Origin: a bacterium | GTDB taxonomy: Bacteria > CSSED10-310 | Reading direction: 5' to 3' | Assembly (NCBI GenBank): GCA_049652745.1 | Contig: JBASEY010000029.1 | Coordinates: 66,440 to 130,439 of the forward strand | Length of the DNA: 64,000 nt | In this document: in pieces, positions 45,149 to 55,733 of the stretch | Layout: every line of letters begins with the position of its first letter | How positions within the stretch are numbered: position 1 is the stretch's first letter | Made by a program: the position numbers and the translations under genes | Notes under the pieces: generated by a model | Database searches by the model: none | The model's input: only the letters and a program-made list of their open reading frames with translations | Told to the model about the DNA's origin: nothing

Positions 45149-47482
45149 ATGTCACAAGTGGACACGTTGTTGAACAAATCCAGGGTTAATTTCAAACACT
45201 GGGAGAAAATCAAGGATGTTATTGATCAATTGATCGACTTGATGTTGAACTATCGCCAGAGTGGTCATCCGGGCGGCTCGCGATCGAAAGTGCATGCTTT
45301 GGTCGCTACCGGGTTGTCGGGCGCAATGCGTTGGGATATTCGCCATCCGGAAAAACGTTTCTCAGACCGCTTTATCTTGAGTGCAGGCCACACGGTTCCA
45401 ATGATCTATAGTTTTTTGTGCGTACTTGGGGACGCCATGCGTACGCGTTATGAGAAAACAGGTGACGAACGCTTTAAAATCAATCCTGAAAAAATTGTTT
45501 TATGGGAAGATATCATTACATTCCGACGACGTGATGGACTGCCAGGGCATGCAGAAATGTCCGGTAAAACTTTGTTTTTAAAAGCAAACACCGGCCCATC
45601 CGGCCATGGTATTCCGTTTGCCGTAGGCGAAGCTTTCGCTCTGAAGTATGCCGGTGCTGAAGAGGTCAAAGTATTTGCGTTCGAAGGCGAGGGTGGATTG
45701 ACTCCAGGAGCCTCCCATGAATCGAAAAATACTGCATACGGCCTGGGTCTGAGCAACTTGGTGTTCTATATTGACTGGAATAACTTCGGAATCGACCATC
45801 AGCCTATCGATACTGTCATGTATGGAACGCCTGATGACTGGTTTAAATCTCATGGCTGGAAAGTTTCCGGCAGTCTTGAGGGAGAAAACTGGGAAGAAGT
45901 CGCTCGGGTGATCCTTGAAGCCTCAAGGGGCGACAATCCCGATAAACGGCCCTGCATTGCTTGGACCAAAAACAAGAAAGGCAGAGGTTATCATAAATTT
46001 GACAACGTTTCTCATGGAGCGCCGCATAAAACCAACTCGGAGCTTTTCTGGCAATGCAGAAAGGACTTTGCCGATAAATACGGCGTGAAATGGGATAGTT
46101 TCGGAGCTCCGGAAGGCGCGAAGGATGAGTTGGGACGGCAACTTAACGCAAACCTCAACATAGCGCTCGATGTTATTCGAAAAGACGAAGAGTGTTTGAA
46201 TTATATTACAGATCGATTGGTGGAATTGGGTGACAGCGTACCGGAGACCATCAAAACGTTCAAGCTGGGCGGCCCCAATCCGTTTAAAGACCCGGAAATG
46301 ACGGATTATACGAAATATCCCGAAAGCTTATGGGTCAAGCCTGGAGCCAATGTCCCGAACCGTTCCGCCCTGGGAGCTTGGGGTTCTTGGGTCAATTCAT
46401 GGTCAAGAAAAAAATATGGTCGCCCGGTTTTTATCGCTTGTAGCGCCGATTTGGCTGGATCTACCAATATTGAAGGCTTTGGATTGGGCTTTGACGGAAC
46501 ACCTGGTTGGGGATGGTATGACCGTAACAAAAACTTGGGCGGGACCCTTTTACCTCAAGAGATTACTGAATTTGCCAATTCGGGGCTTTTATGCGGTGCC
46601 GCCGGAGTGAACTTCTCCGATAAACCTTTTGAAGAATGGGATGGATACATGGGAGCCTGCAGCACTTATGGTTCTTTTATGTATCTTAAATACGGCCTGA
46701 TCCGCCTTTTCAGCCAAATGGCTCAGGATCCTGACATAAAGGTGGGAAAGGTGATGTGGGTTGCCGGGCACAGTGGACCCGAAACCGCTGACGACAGCCG
46801 AACACACTTTGGGATATTCGCACCGGGAATCACTCAGCTTTTCCCGGAAGGCCATGTAATCGATCTACACCCTTGGGAATACAACGAAGTCCCCGTTGTC
46901 ATCGCCGCCGCTTTGCGTGCCGATGCTCCATTGATTGCACTGCATCTGACGCGGCCTCCAATCGTGGTCCCGGATCGAAAAAAATTGAATATTCCTTGCC
47001 ATTTCGAAGCTGCTAAAGGCGCTTATGTGATGCGGGAATATCGTTCAGATCAACCACAAATGGGATGTATTTTTGTGCAAGGAACCTCTGTCACTGCAAA
47101 TACCATCGAGCTATTCGAAACGCTCGACCGCGAAAAATTGAATATCAAAATTGTGGCGGCAATCAGCCCTCAGCTTTTCGCACTTCAGCCCATGGCTTAT
47201 CGGGAACAGGTAATAACTCCTGCTGATAAAATGGATTCTACGATCATTTGTAATCGCGCCAAACGTGTGACTTCGGATTGGATGTTCAACCCTCTCGCGG
47301 CAGAATATGCCATGACTTCGGACTGGGATGACAGATGGAGAACCGGTGGCACTTTGGATGATGTCATCGATGAAGCGCATTTGACTCCAGAATGGTTGTT
47401 GAAAGGCATAGAACGGTTTGTGAAAGACCGACCGACAAGGTTGAAAAAAATCAAATCGATGTTGGATTCCTGTCGACAGTAA
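45149..47482 (+). CDS. Divergent transketolase-family ThDP enzyme
   Basis: 777 aa. TK signatures include SGHPGGS, LSAGHTVPMIYS, TGPSGHGI, FEGEGGLTPGASHE followed by a long spacer and FYIDWNNFGID, and HGAPH. In the last two the usual GDG and DDN appear as GEG and DWNN. The Shine-Dalgarno is AAGGAG. Confidence 0.65.
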   Translation: MSQVDTLLNKSRVNFKHWEKIKDVIDQLIDLMLNYRQSGHPGGSRSKVHALVATGLSGAMRWDIRHPEKRFSDRFILSAGHTVPMIYSFLCVLGDAMRTRYEKTGDERFKINPEKIVLWEDIITFRRRDGLPGHAEMSGKTLFLKANTGPSGHGIPFAVGEAFALKYAGAEEVKVFAFEGEGGLTPGASHESKNTAYGLGLSNLVFYIDWNNFGIDHQPIDTVMYGTPDDWFKSHGWKVSGSLEGENWEEVARVILEASRGDNPDKRPCIAWTKNKKGRGYHKFDNVSHGAPHKTNSELFWQCRKDFADKYGVKWDSFGAPEGAKDELGRQLNANLNIALDVIRKDEECLNYITDRLVELGDSVPETIKTFKLGGPNPFKDPEMTDYTKYPESLWVKPGANVPNRSALGAWGSWVNSWSRKKYGRPVFIACSADLAGSTNIEGFGLGFDGTPGWGWYDRNKNLGGTLLPQEITEFANSGLLCGAAGVNFSDKPFEEWDGYMGACSTYGSFMYLKYGLIRLFSQMAQDPDIKVGKVMWVAGHSGPETADDSRTHFGIFAPGITQLFPEGHVIDLHPWEYNEVPVVIAAALRADAPLIALHLTRPPIVVPDRKKLNIPCHFEAAKGAYVMREYRSDQPQMGCIFVQGTSVTANTIELFETLDREKLNIKIVAAISPQLFALQPMAYREQVITPADKMDSTIICNRAKRVTSDWMFNPLAAEYAMTSDWDDRWRTGGTLDDVIDEAHLTPEWLLKGIERFVKDRPTRLKKIKSMLDSCRQ

Positions 47483-47488
47483 CGAGAT

Positions 47489-48847
47489 TTGATCACTGAA
47501 CAATCTCCTGTTGTTTGGCTGATCCGGCCTTGGATAGAGGACTTCTCGGCATTTGATCATTTTGATCAGCCGGTGGGTCTTCTATCCCTTGCTGCTTGGC
47601 TGAGACAAAACGGCTGTAGAGTCTATTATATTGATGCGCTATCAGGGAATAAACCACCGGAAAACAGCCCTGGCGAAACAGCGGCTGAGAAAGTTTCGCT
47701 GAAACTAAGGAAATATCCTTGCCATCAAATCGAAAAACCAATTGTCTTCAGATGTATACCTAGGTATTACAAACATTTTGGCACGTCATTGGAGACTCTT
47801 AAAAAGGAGTTGGAAAGCCTTCCTGTCCCCCAGGTCATTCTGATTACAACCGGTATGACCTATTGGTACCAAGCTGTTCAGAGTTTTGTGCAGGTTTTAC
47901 AAGCTCTCTATCCAGCTTCTCCGATAGCGATCGGCGGAATTTATGCCGGAATCGTTCCCGAACATGCTCGAGCATGTCTACAGCGAACCACGGTTTTTCC
48001 TGGGCAGGCAGGACAACAGTTTTTTTCCTGGATGAGCAAAATATTGGGATTCAATATTCATCCACCGACAGACCAAGCTACAATCTTGCCGGCATGGGAC
48101 CTTGTTTCCAATCGATCATATATCATCTATACGACTAGCCGGGGGTGTCTCAGGCGCTGCTCTTATTGTGCGGCGTCGCTTTTAAGGCCTGTGTGGAAAG
48201 CGCGGCCGCCGAATGTTATCCGCAATGAAATCGAAGCTCTTATTACACAATATCAAGTTTCCGATATCGCTCTTTATGACGATGATTTAGGATGCTCGAC
48301 ACTTGAGGGGCAGCAGCATTTAACCGGCTTGCTTCAGATGTTGGTCTCGCACGAATTTCCAATAAATTGGCACCTTCCCAATGCTCTAGGCGTCGACGCC
48401 GTCACACCCGAAGTGGCTAGGCTTATGTACCAAGCAGGATTTGAACAGCCGCGATTAAGCCTGCACCATTTAGATAAACATCTCGATGAAAAAGGCCTGG
48501 ACACCAGAGCACGCAAGGCTTTTGAAACCGCCGCAAAGCGTCTTGTTGAAGCCGGTTACGAGCAAAGTCGTCTTTCCACCTATCTTATAGCCGGACTGCC
48601 CGGGCAAAAACTGTCCTGGTTGAAAAAAGCCGCTGACCAGTTGCTCGATGTTGGTGTCAAGCCCTATTTGGCACAATTCAGCCCGATACCGGGAACTCCC
48701 GCAGGTGAAAAAAGGTTGCAGCAGTTGACGGAAAAATTTAAGACCGATGATTTGTTGTTGACGAACAAGATTTTTTCAGTTTATGCGCATGATGGATGGT
48801 CTGAGGAAGATTACCAGATGCTTGTTCTTGAACTGAAAAATAGATAG
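47489..48847 (+). CDS. B12-binding-domain radical SAM protein (class B)
   Basis: The N-terminus has a Rossmann-like B12-binding domain (VVWLIRP...LSLAAWLRQNGCRVYYID). The radical-SAM motif is SRGCLRRCSYCAAS. The TTG start is 6 nt after the TK-like stop. Confidence 0.75.
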   Translation: MITEQSPVVWLIRPWIEDFSAFDHFDQPVGLLSLAAWLRQNGCRVYYIDALSGNKPPENSPGETAAEKVSLKLRKYPCHQIEKPIVFRCIPRYYKHFGTSLETLKKELESLPVPQVILITTGMTYWYQAVQSFVQVLQALYPASPIAIGGIYAGIVPEHARACLQRTTVFPGQAGQQFFSWMSKILGFNIHPPTDQATILPAWDLVSNRSYIIYTTSRGCLRRCSYCAASLLRPVWKARPPNVIRNEIEALITQYQVSDIALYDDDLGCSTLEGQQHLTGLLQMLVSHEFPINWHLPNALGVDAVTPEVARLMYQAGFEQPRLSLHHLDKHLDEKGLDTRARKAFETAAKRLVEAGYEQSRLSTYLIAGLPGQKLSWLKKAADQLLDVGVKPYLAQFSPIPGTPAGEKRLQQLTEKFKTDDLLLTNKIFSVYAHDGWSEEDYQMLVLELKNR

Positions 48848-48916
48848 TTCCACCGTTTTTGTGGTTCGTCACGGTTCGACGAAATGTGGTAAGATGTCTT
48901 TGATGGAGGTGTAAGA

Positions 48917-49792
48917 ATGGGAAAATCTTGTTTTTATACAATATTATTGAGATGCTCTTTCCTGCTGATAGGGTTGTCGGTCATGTTTTCGGTTGCTTCG
49001 GCTGACGATGAGGCGCCGGGCCGGGTCTGGCACGTTTGTATGGAGTGCGCCGAACGGGATTTCCCATCGATCGGTGATGCGCTTCGCCAGGCTAAACCCA
49101 AGGACACGATTCTTGTATACTGGGAACCTGCTTTTCCGTACTATATGGAGCATTTGGTTATCGATAAACCTGTCAGGATCATTTCAAATGCGGCTGCAGC
49201 AGACATTACATCCTATGATTATTATCCGGTTATTGCGTCCGTATCGAATGAAATTGTGCATATCACGGTTCCTGGAGTCGAACTGATAGGGTTTAATCTA
49301 ATCTATCTTCAAAAACCGGCCGATTGTGAAGATGAGGCTTTATGCTATGCAGAGTCCATTGGATTGCGTCTGGATGCCCCGGCTCTGATTCGTCAGGTTG
49401 CCATCACCAACTGCTCGACAGGTATACTAACGGCATATACGAAACCATATTTAGGTCAGGCAAGTACGATACAGCTTTGTCGGATTGGTCTACCACCAGA
49501 TCATGGATTGACCCAAACAGGTTTTATGCAAACAAAAAACCACTATGGGATCGTATTGCTGGGATGTCGCCAAGAAGGACAATATCTTGGAGTTGGACGG
49601 GATAAAATCTCTGATTGCCAAATAATGCGAAACGCCCAGTACGGGTTGGTTTACACGACTGCCAATGAGCCTGAAATGCTTGGAAATCTGATAGAACTCA
49701 ATGGGAAAGGGCCTTTTAGAATAGTCAATCCCAAACTAGGCGAAAATCAGAAACTGATCTGGTTCGACAAGTTGAAAGGATCTGAAAAATAA
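48917..49792 (+). CDS. Secreted hypothetical protein, possible parallel beta-helix
   Basis: Signal peptide MGKSCFYTILLRCSFLLIGLSVMFSVASA. Repetitive short beta-strand segments with NCSTG-type turns are visible. No catalytic motif is recognised. Confidence 0.4.
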   Translation: MGKSCFYTILLRCSFLLIGLSVMFSVASADDEAPGRVWHVCMECAERDFPSIGDALRQAKPKDTILVYWEPAFPYYMEHLVIDKPVRIISNAAAADITSYDYYPVIASVSNEIVHITVPGVELIGFNLIYLQKPADCEDEALCYAESIGLRLDAPALIRQVAITNCSTGILTAYTKPYLGQASTIQLCRIGLPPDHGLTQTGFMQTKNHYGIVLLGCRQEGQYLGVGRDKISDCQIMRNAQYGLVYTTANEPEMLGNLIELNGKGPFRIVNPKLGENQKLIWFDKLKGSEK

Positions 49793-49909
49793 TTTTTCTG
49801 TAGGTGCTGTAATACATTCATTTCTGTAAACCACGGAATCGACAGAGATCGATAGACGTGTTAGTGTTGTTTGGCGAGACGATTCAAGTCAGCTTGGGAG
49901 GATTGGCTA

Positions 49910-51223
49910 ATGGTTCAAAAGGGTGATAAGCGGGTTGGGATAATCGGCGGTGGGATCAGTGGAATGAGTGCAGCCTGGGAATTATCCAGGAAAGGAATCC
50001 AAGTCGATCTATTCGAACGAGATGTGCATTTGGGCGGTTTAGCCGGCTGGTTTGATGTAAACGGTTCGACATTGGAAAAATTTTACCATCATTTATATAA
50101 TCTGGATCAGGATTTAATTCGATTGATTCAGGAAGTTGGTCTTGGAAGTAATCTGGTATTCCGCCGAACGAATACTGGCGCCTTTTATGTAAATAAAATA
50201 TATCGGCTTAGCAGTCCATTGGATTTGATAAAATATAAGCCCTTACCTTTTCTGGATAGATTAAAAATGGGCATGCTGGTGCTTAAAGCAAGAAAGGTCA
50301 AGGATTGGAAAGAGCTTGATAATATGACGGCCAGGGATTGGATTGTCCAAAATTCAAGTCAGGCGGTCTTTGATATTGTCTGGTCACCATTGTTCCGGTC
50401 AAAATTTGGTAAGTATGCTGACGATATCTCGGCAGCGTGGTTATGGAGCAAGCTGGTTCAGAGAGGGGGCTCCAGGAGCAAAGGAGGAGCAGAAGAACTC
50501 GGTTATTTGAAAGGTGGATATGGACTGTTGTTCAATACGATGGAGAAGCAACTGACAGAACGAAATGTACGCATCCATAAACAATCTCCGGTTGAAACCA
50601 TTGTCTGTGAAAATGGGAAGGTTACAGGGCTCAGAGTTTGTGGAGATATGATTCCATTCACTCACGTAATTGCCTGTGTTCAATTGCCGGATTACCTGGA
50701 AATTGTTGGCGAGGCGCCGGAACAATATCGGAATGAACTGGGTAAAATCGGCTATTTAGGGAATGTCACCCTGGTTTTAAAATTGAACCGCAGTTTATCA
50801 GATACATATTGGATTAATGTCACAGATCCGGAATGTCCATTTGTTGGAGTTATTGAACAGACAAACCTGTTGGACGAAACGCATTATGGTGGACACCATT
50901 TTGCGTATATAAGTAGATATATGGATGTAGATGACCCTCTATATCTGATGACTCCCCAGGACTTGTTTGCTGTTTATCGTCCTTGGTTGCAAAGGGTTTT
51001 TCCGGAATTTTCCGAAAGTTGGCTGGACGATCTGATGCTGTGGCGTGACCCTCATTCTCAAGCCGTTGTCACAACAGGATATCGTACTAGAGTACCGGAT
51101 ATCCAAACGCCGTTGAAAGGATTATATTTGTCGACGATGGCGCAGATTTTTCCAGAGGATCGCCAAATGAGCAATGGAGTTAAATTTGCCAAAAAAGCGG
51201 CTGCTATGGTACTTACCGAATAA
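49910..51223 (+). CDS. FAD-dependent oxidoreductase, amine-oxidase / phytoene-desaturase-like
   Basis: Dinucleotide-binding motif RVGIIGGGISGMSAAWEL...LFERDVHLGG. 437 aa. ATG at 49910 follows a GGGAGGA Shine-Dalgarno. Confidence 0.75.
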   Translation: MVQKGDKRVGIIGGGISGMSAAWELSRKGIQVDLFERDVHLGGLAGWFDVNGSTLEKFYHHLYNLDQDLIRLIQEVGLGSNLVFRRTNTGAFYVNKIYRLSSPLDLIKYKPLPFLDRLKMGMLVLKARKVKDWKELDNMTARDWIVQNSSQAVFDIVWSPLFRSKFGKYADDISAAWLWSKLVQRGGSRSKGGAEELGYLKGGYGLLFNTMEKQLTERNVRIHKQSPVETIVCENGKVTGLRVCGDMIPFTHVIACVQLPDYLEIVGEAPEQYRNELGKIGYLGNVTLVLKLNRSLSDTYWINVTDPECPFVGVIEQTNLLDETHYGGHHFAYISRYMDVDDPLYLMTPQDLFAVYRPWLQRVFPEFSESWLDDLMLWRDPHSQAVVTTGYRTRVPDIQTPLKGLYLSTMAQIFPEDRQMSNGVKFAKKAAAMVLTE

Positions 51224-51547
51224 TCCTGGCGCTAAAATTTGAAGGGATAAAATTCGACAGCCTCTACTTGCTGCTCGCCTGTCAGCAACGGTTTGGCAAA
51301 AGCGTTCCAACCCCCCTCTTTCTGGAACCTTGTCTAATTAAAAAGAAAAAAAATTGTTTTGGCAAGTGCTTTTTAAAAAAATTTTATCTCCTTATTTTTC
51401 CTCAGTTAAGAAATTATATGTAATTGATTGAAATAAAAGAATATAAATTTTACATAACAGTGTGAGGCCGATAACGAATCAAACTCTAATAGTGAGGATA
51501 TTATGGTCAAAAAGATAATTTGGACCCCCAATAGGTAAGCTGTCGTG

Positions 51548-53446
51548 TCAGTTTAGGGCGGGCACTGTGTAGACAGAGTATAAAAGCTCTTGACGACCTA
51601 CCGGATTGCGAAATTCCTGTAAAACACCTCCAGGTATCTCTTCCAGCAGTCTTTTTTTCAGCCATTCTTGTTTCGCCAGATCGAAAAAAATCAATGAAGT
51701 TGTGCGCTTACGGTTGACAAGATGGCTCAAAACAGGCGATTTTTCCGATACATGTACAAAATTATATGCATCGCCGCCCAATCCCTTGTTTCGATTATAT
51801 AATGTGATCGTAATTATATCGTCATGTACCCAGGGATTGATAAAAACGACATATTGTTGATCCATGATTTTATCAGCAAAATGAATTGCTTCCAGACGTT
51901 TTGCCGGGCCGAAATATGAGTGATCCTTGACAATTGACCAGGTTGATATCCAAAGGTTGAATCCATGTAGGGTTATGCCAATCAAGCATCCTATAACAAG
52001 AGTAGGAATGACTCGACGAAAGAGAGGTTTTTGAAAAAGCGCTGAACCGGTGACGCTTATCTCACGAAAGACAACAACTGCAACCAGATAGATGAGCGGC
52101 CATATGATAAGAGTTCTACGATGCAGTGGAAAAATCAAAAGCGGAGGAAGTGTTCCACAAAAGTAATAAATGGCCAGAATGGGATTCCAGCGTAGAATCA
52201 GGCAAAGCAGCGCTACAATAAAGCTCAATGCAAATGCCCCTGAATAAAAGCGATGAATTGTTTGTTCAGCAAAGGTTGAACGAAACCATTCAACGCTGTT
52301 TCGAAGTATATTTTTCAAGATCACGTTGGCTGGTTGGAGATCTGATAGCACCTGATCATCGACTGTTTTTTTCCAAACAGGGGTGTCTGTGGCGAGGGAG
52401 CCGAATTGAGATTGGAACATTTTTATGGGGCCATGAAGAATATTGAGCTGTAAGGTTAGGAGAACGGCAAAGACGATTAAAGCGCAAACCGGGCCTGGCC
52501 ACCAATTTTTCCATATTTTTCGTTTTAAAGCGGGTACGATAAAGATTATGAACCCGACAAACAAGTAAAGCACTTTAAGCGGTGCATAGGACCATCCTAT
52601 ACAACCGGCAAAGAAGCCGAAACCGATCCATTTGACAATTCCTATTCTTGATTCGTTATTCCTCCAAATTGAATCTGTCGTCCAGAGGAGGCCGAGGGAG
52701 ACGGCGACGCTTGTGCTGAAAAAAGTGCCCATTCGAGATTGGGCCAGGTGCCATGGGGAAAGACCGAAGACTGCAAGAGCTATGATAGACCATCGATCCG
52801 GAATAGTTTTTCTAACCCAAAACCAGAATATCAATAAGAGTAAAGTGGATCCGATGACTTCGGAAAATCGGACGGACCAAACAGAAACACCGAACAGTTT
52901 CATAACAGACCATAAAACAGGAAGCATCAGAGGAGACTCACCACCACCCCGTAAATCAAATCCCCTTCCCTGAAAGGGATGGATCGGCCATCTGCCTTCT
53001 ACCGCAGCCATCCCCCAGACACCTGTGTTGGCAGCATATTCATTGAGAAATGGAGGCCAACTTTCAAGCTCGATCAATTTAATCAAGGTGATGACCAGTA
53101 TGGCAAGTAACCCGGAAATCATGGAGGCGTGTGAAGGCGATGTCGTCCACTCATCTTTCAGGTGTTTTCTGAAAACTATTCCATAGACTAGCAGTGTGAT
53201 GCAGGCTGCGAGAATCAGGGGTATATTCGCCCAATGTTTTTCCGGAAGCAGTTGATTGTGAATAAGCAGAGCGTTGACGACCAGGAGAATCATGGATAAG
53301 CGTCCTTTTATTCGATTTGTCGCCGGCAGATACCAATCCAGGAAAACAATGGCGATACTGATGCCGACTAAATACGGAACAAATCCCGAAACCCATGGTT
53401 TCAGCCAATTTAAATAAGGATATGAGAACCAAAGCAGATGATTCAT
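51548..53446 (-). CDS. Polytopic membrane protein, probable GT-C (PMT/ArnT-like) glycosyltransferase
   Basis: 632 aa with more than 12 predicted TM helices and long periplasmic loops. The topology is ArnT-like. The Shine-Dalgarno is weak. Confidence 0.45.
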   Translation of the reverse strand: MNHLLWFSYPYLNWLKPWVSGFVPYLVGISIAIVFLDWYLPATNRIKGRLSMILLVVNALLIHNQLLPEKHWANIPLILAACITLLVYGIVFRKHLKDEWTTSPSHASMISGLLAILVITLIKLIELESWPPFLNEYAANTGVWGMAAVEGRWPIHPFQGRGFDLRGGGESPLMLPVLWSVMKLFGVSVWSVRFSEVIGSTLLLLIFWFWVRKTIPDRWSIIALAVFGLSPWHLAQSRMGTFFSTSVAVSLGLLWTTDSIWRNNESRIGIVKWIGFGFFAGCIGWSYAPLKVLYLFVGFIIFIVPALKRKIWKNWWPGPVCALIVFAVLLTLQLNILHGPIKMFQSQFGSLATDTPVWKKTVDDQVLSDLQPANVILKNILRNSVEWFRSTFAEQTIHRFYSGAFALSFIVALLCLILRWNPILAIYYFCGTLPPLLIFPLHRRTLIIWPLIYLVAVVVFREISVTGSALFQKPLFRRVIPTLVIGCLIGITLHGFNLWISTWSIVKDHSYFGPAKRLEAIHFADKIMDQQYVVFINPWVHDDIITITLYNRNKGLGGDAYNFVHVSEKSPVLSHLVNRKRTTSLIFFDLAKQEWLKKRLLEEIPGGVLQEFRNPVGRQELLYSVYTVPALN

Positions 53447-53955
53447 AGGTCAGAAATACCTTTAAATTCTTCATTGTATGCGTTCAATGATTGAACCATG
53501 ACAATAGTATTCTGGCTGAAAAACAGATGATGATCAAGCTTTTGATGGTGTGGCATCAAGGTTGGAATCGTTGTTTTGAGAAATCCGATGCATCGGTATC
53601 CAACTCCTTCTTAAACTAGTTTAACATTTTGAAATATAATATATTTTTCTCAAAATAGAACTTTTCTTAAGCGTCAATACGTGTTACGATCTCGTTTTGT
53701 CTCATGAAAGCGGATTTGTATTTTTAAAAGAAGGTATTACAGACACCGGTCAGATAGAGCGGGATATCATAAAGGAAAGAAGAGATGGATTATCTAAGAC
53801 AGGCTGATGAAAAACGAATCTTGTCTTTATTGTGGGCTGTGATACAAATCGTGATTCGGAAAAACCGTTCAAAATGGAGTAACCGGGGTGAATAATACAG
53901 CAATTGTTTTTGAACGCAGCCAATATTTTATAGAATGCCTGGTTGAGGTGAAATC

Positions 53956-55710
53956 ATGAATCCTTTGGGCCCAAGGGAATTACAGCGTGATCGATTGTTG
54001 TTTCTGTTGAAAACGTTGGAAGACATGGGACGGACACTGACGGGAGGTGAATCGTTTGACAAAGCTGCCCGTTTTCTTCTGCGAACACTTTTAGAATCGA
54101 TCGGGATTTCTGAAGGCGCGATTTTTACATTTGTATCGAGGCGAAGTGTTTTGAAGCTGAAGGAAAAAACTCAGAATCTGGATTGTGATTTGTCTGAGAT
54201 GAAAATTTCCGGTGAACAGATCAGGTATCTGGCTGAAAATCCGGTTCCTCATAAGACAGACCAGCTTCCAGAAGAGCTTGCTAAAAAATTTATGGAAATG
54301 ATCGAGTTCTGGAAAACAAAGGATATTCAGGTAATGATTCCTTTGGCGGTAAAAGGGGATCTTTTGGGGATGGTGTGTTTAGGCCATCGACAGGCAGATC
54401 AGCCATACAGCAAAATCGATCTGGAAATACTTGCTCTTTTGACCCAGCATATCAGTTTATATTTTCATGGCCAAAAAAGCCTGGAACAGCTTCAACAAGC
54501 AAACTATGAACTCAAACGAAAAATTCTGGAAATGGAGCAATTGTATGAAGTTGCTCTCGCAGTCACCAGGTTACGAAATCCGGAAGAGTTGCTGGGTGAA
54601 ATCCTGTCAAGAGCCACTAAAATCCTGGATGCACGATATGGCGCAGTATGGCTGATGACTAATCAGTCTTATTATTTAGCAGGGGCATTTGGTTTTAGTG
54701 ATGTCGATTCGATTCCGGAAATTATGGTGGATTTAAGTAAGCTGAGTCCTAAAACGTTTCGATTTGATCCCGATTCTGCCGGGAGCCTGTTAGCGAGCAT
54801 GAGTATTCGAAACACAACTATCGGGGTATTGAGCGTCGCTGGTAAAGAAAGCCCTTTGGGTGGTTTTATGGATTTTTCAGAATCCGATTATCAACTTCTG
54901 AATACTTTTGCAAATCAGGCAGCCGTAGCCTTGGAAAATGCACGGCTGTATGTGGAAGCTGTAGCCAAAGAGAGAATGGATCAAGAAATTAGGGTAGCTG
55001 CTGAAATTCAGGAATCTATTCTGCCGGACGCTTTTCCAGAGACTCCGGATTTGGATATCTCAGCGATGACATTGCCTTGTCAGATTGTCGGGGGCGATTT
55101 TTTTGATTTTTTCGAAATGGCGGATGGAAAACCAGCTATGATAATTGCCGATGTTTCCGGTAAAGGTGTTCCTGCTGCAATGATGGTATCGACCGTTCAT
55201 GGCGCCTTACATGCTTTTACTGAGTTTGTCGACAATCTTGACGAACTGGCATCGAGAATAAATTCTCTTCTTGTGAAAACGACACCTGATAATAAATTTG
55301 TTACAGCGACCTTTCTGACTTGGAATTCAATGTCAAAAGAAATTACCACACTGTCAGCCGGCCATGAACCTATCGTCCTGATCAAAGCCGATGGAACGAT
55401 GACACATCTGTCTCATGGGGGTATGGTTCTGGGATTGTTCGCCGGTATTGAATTTGAGACTCATACACTGGTATTGAATAAAGGTGACTGTCTCTGCCTA
55501 CATACTGACGGCATTATCGATCAACGCAATAGTCTTGGCGAGCGATTTGGGATTGCTCGTTTTGAAGAATTATTGCGTGAGTCTGTGACGGCAAATAGAA
55601 AACAATCGGCTGCGATGATAGTGCAGAATGTTTTTCGCAGCCTAGCCAAATTTGCCAAAGATGAACCCGCAACAGATGATCAAACATTGATAATTGTCAT
55701 TCGTCGGTAA
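53956..55710 (+). CDS. GAF-domain sensor fused to a PP2C-type Ser/Thr phosphatase (RsbU/SpoIIE family)
   Basis: Tandem GAF-like regions come first. The C-terminal PPM domain has QIVGGDFFDF and IADVSGKGVPAAMM, followed downstream by GHEP and LHTDG. Confidence 0.85.
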   Translation: MNPLGPRELQRDRLLFLLKTLEDMGRTLTGGESFDKAARFLLRTLLESIGISEGAIFTFVSRRSVLKLKEKTQNLDCDLSEMKISGEQIRYLAENPVPHKTDQLPEELAKKFMEMIEFWKTKDIQVMIPLAVKGDLLGMVCLGHRQADQPYSKIDLEILALLTQHISLYFHGQKSLEQLQQANYELKRKILEMEQLYEVALAVTRLRNPEELLGEILSRATKILDARYGAVWLMTNQSYYLAGAFGFSDVDSIPEIMVDLSKLSPKTFRFDPDSAGSLLASMSIRNTTIGVLSVAGKESPLGGFMDFSESDYQLLNTFANQAAVALENARLYVEAVAKERMDQEIRVAAEIQESILPDAFPETPDLDISAMTLPCQIVGGDFFDFFEMADGKPAMIIADVSGKGVPAAMMVSTVHGALHAFTEFVDNLDELASRINSLLVKTTPDNKFVTATFLTWNSMSKEITTLSAGHEPIVLIKADGTMTHLSHGGMVLGLFAGIEFETHTLVLNKGDCLCLHTDGIIDQRNSLGERFGIARFEELLRESVTANRKQSAAMIVQNVFRSLAKFAKDEPATDDQTLIIVIRR

Positions 55711-55733
55711 AAATCAATGTCATATAAAAATGC

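Noticed and set aside
53151-53474. 107-aa minus-strand ORF at the 5' end of the GT-C-like membrane gene
   Set aside because: It is in a different frame from the 632-aa membrane protein and overlaps it, so it is likely spurious.
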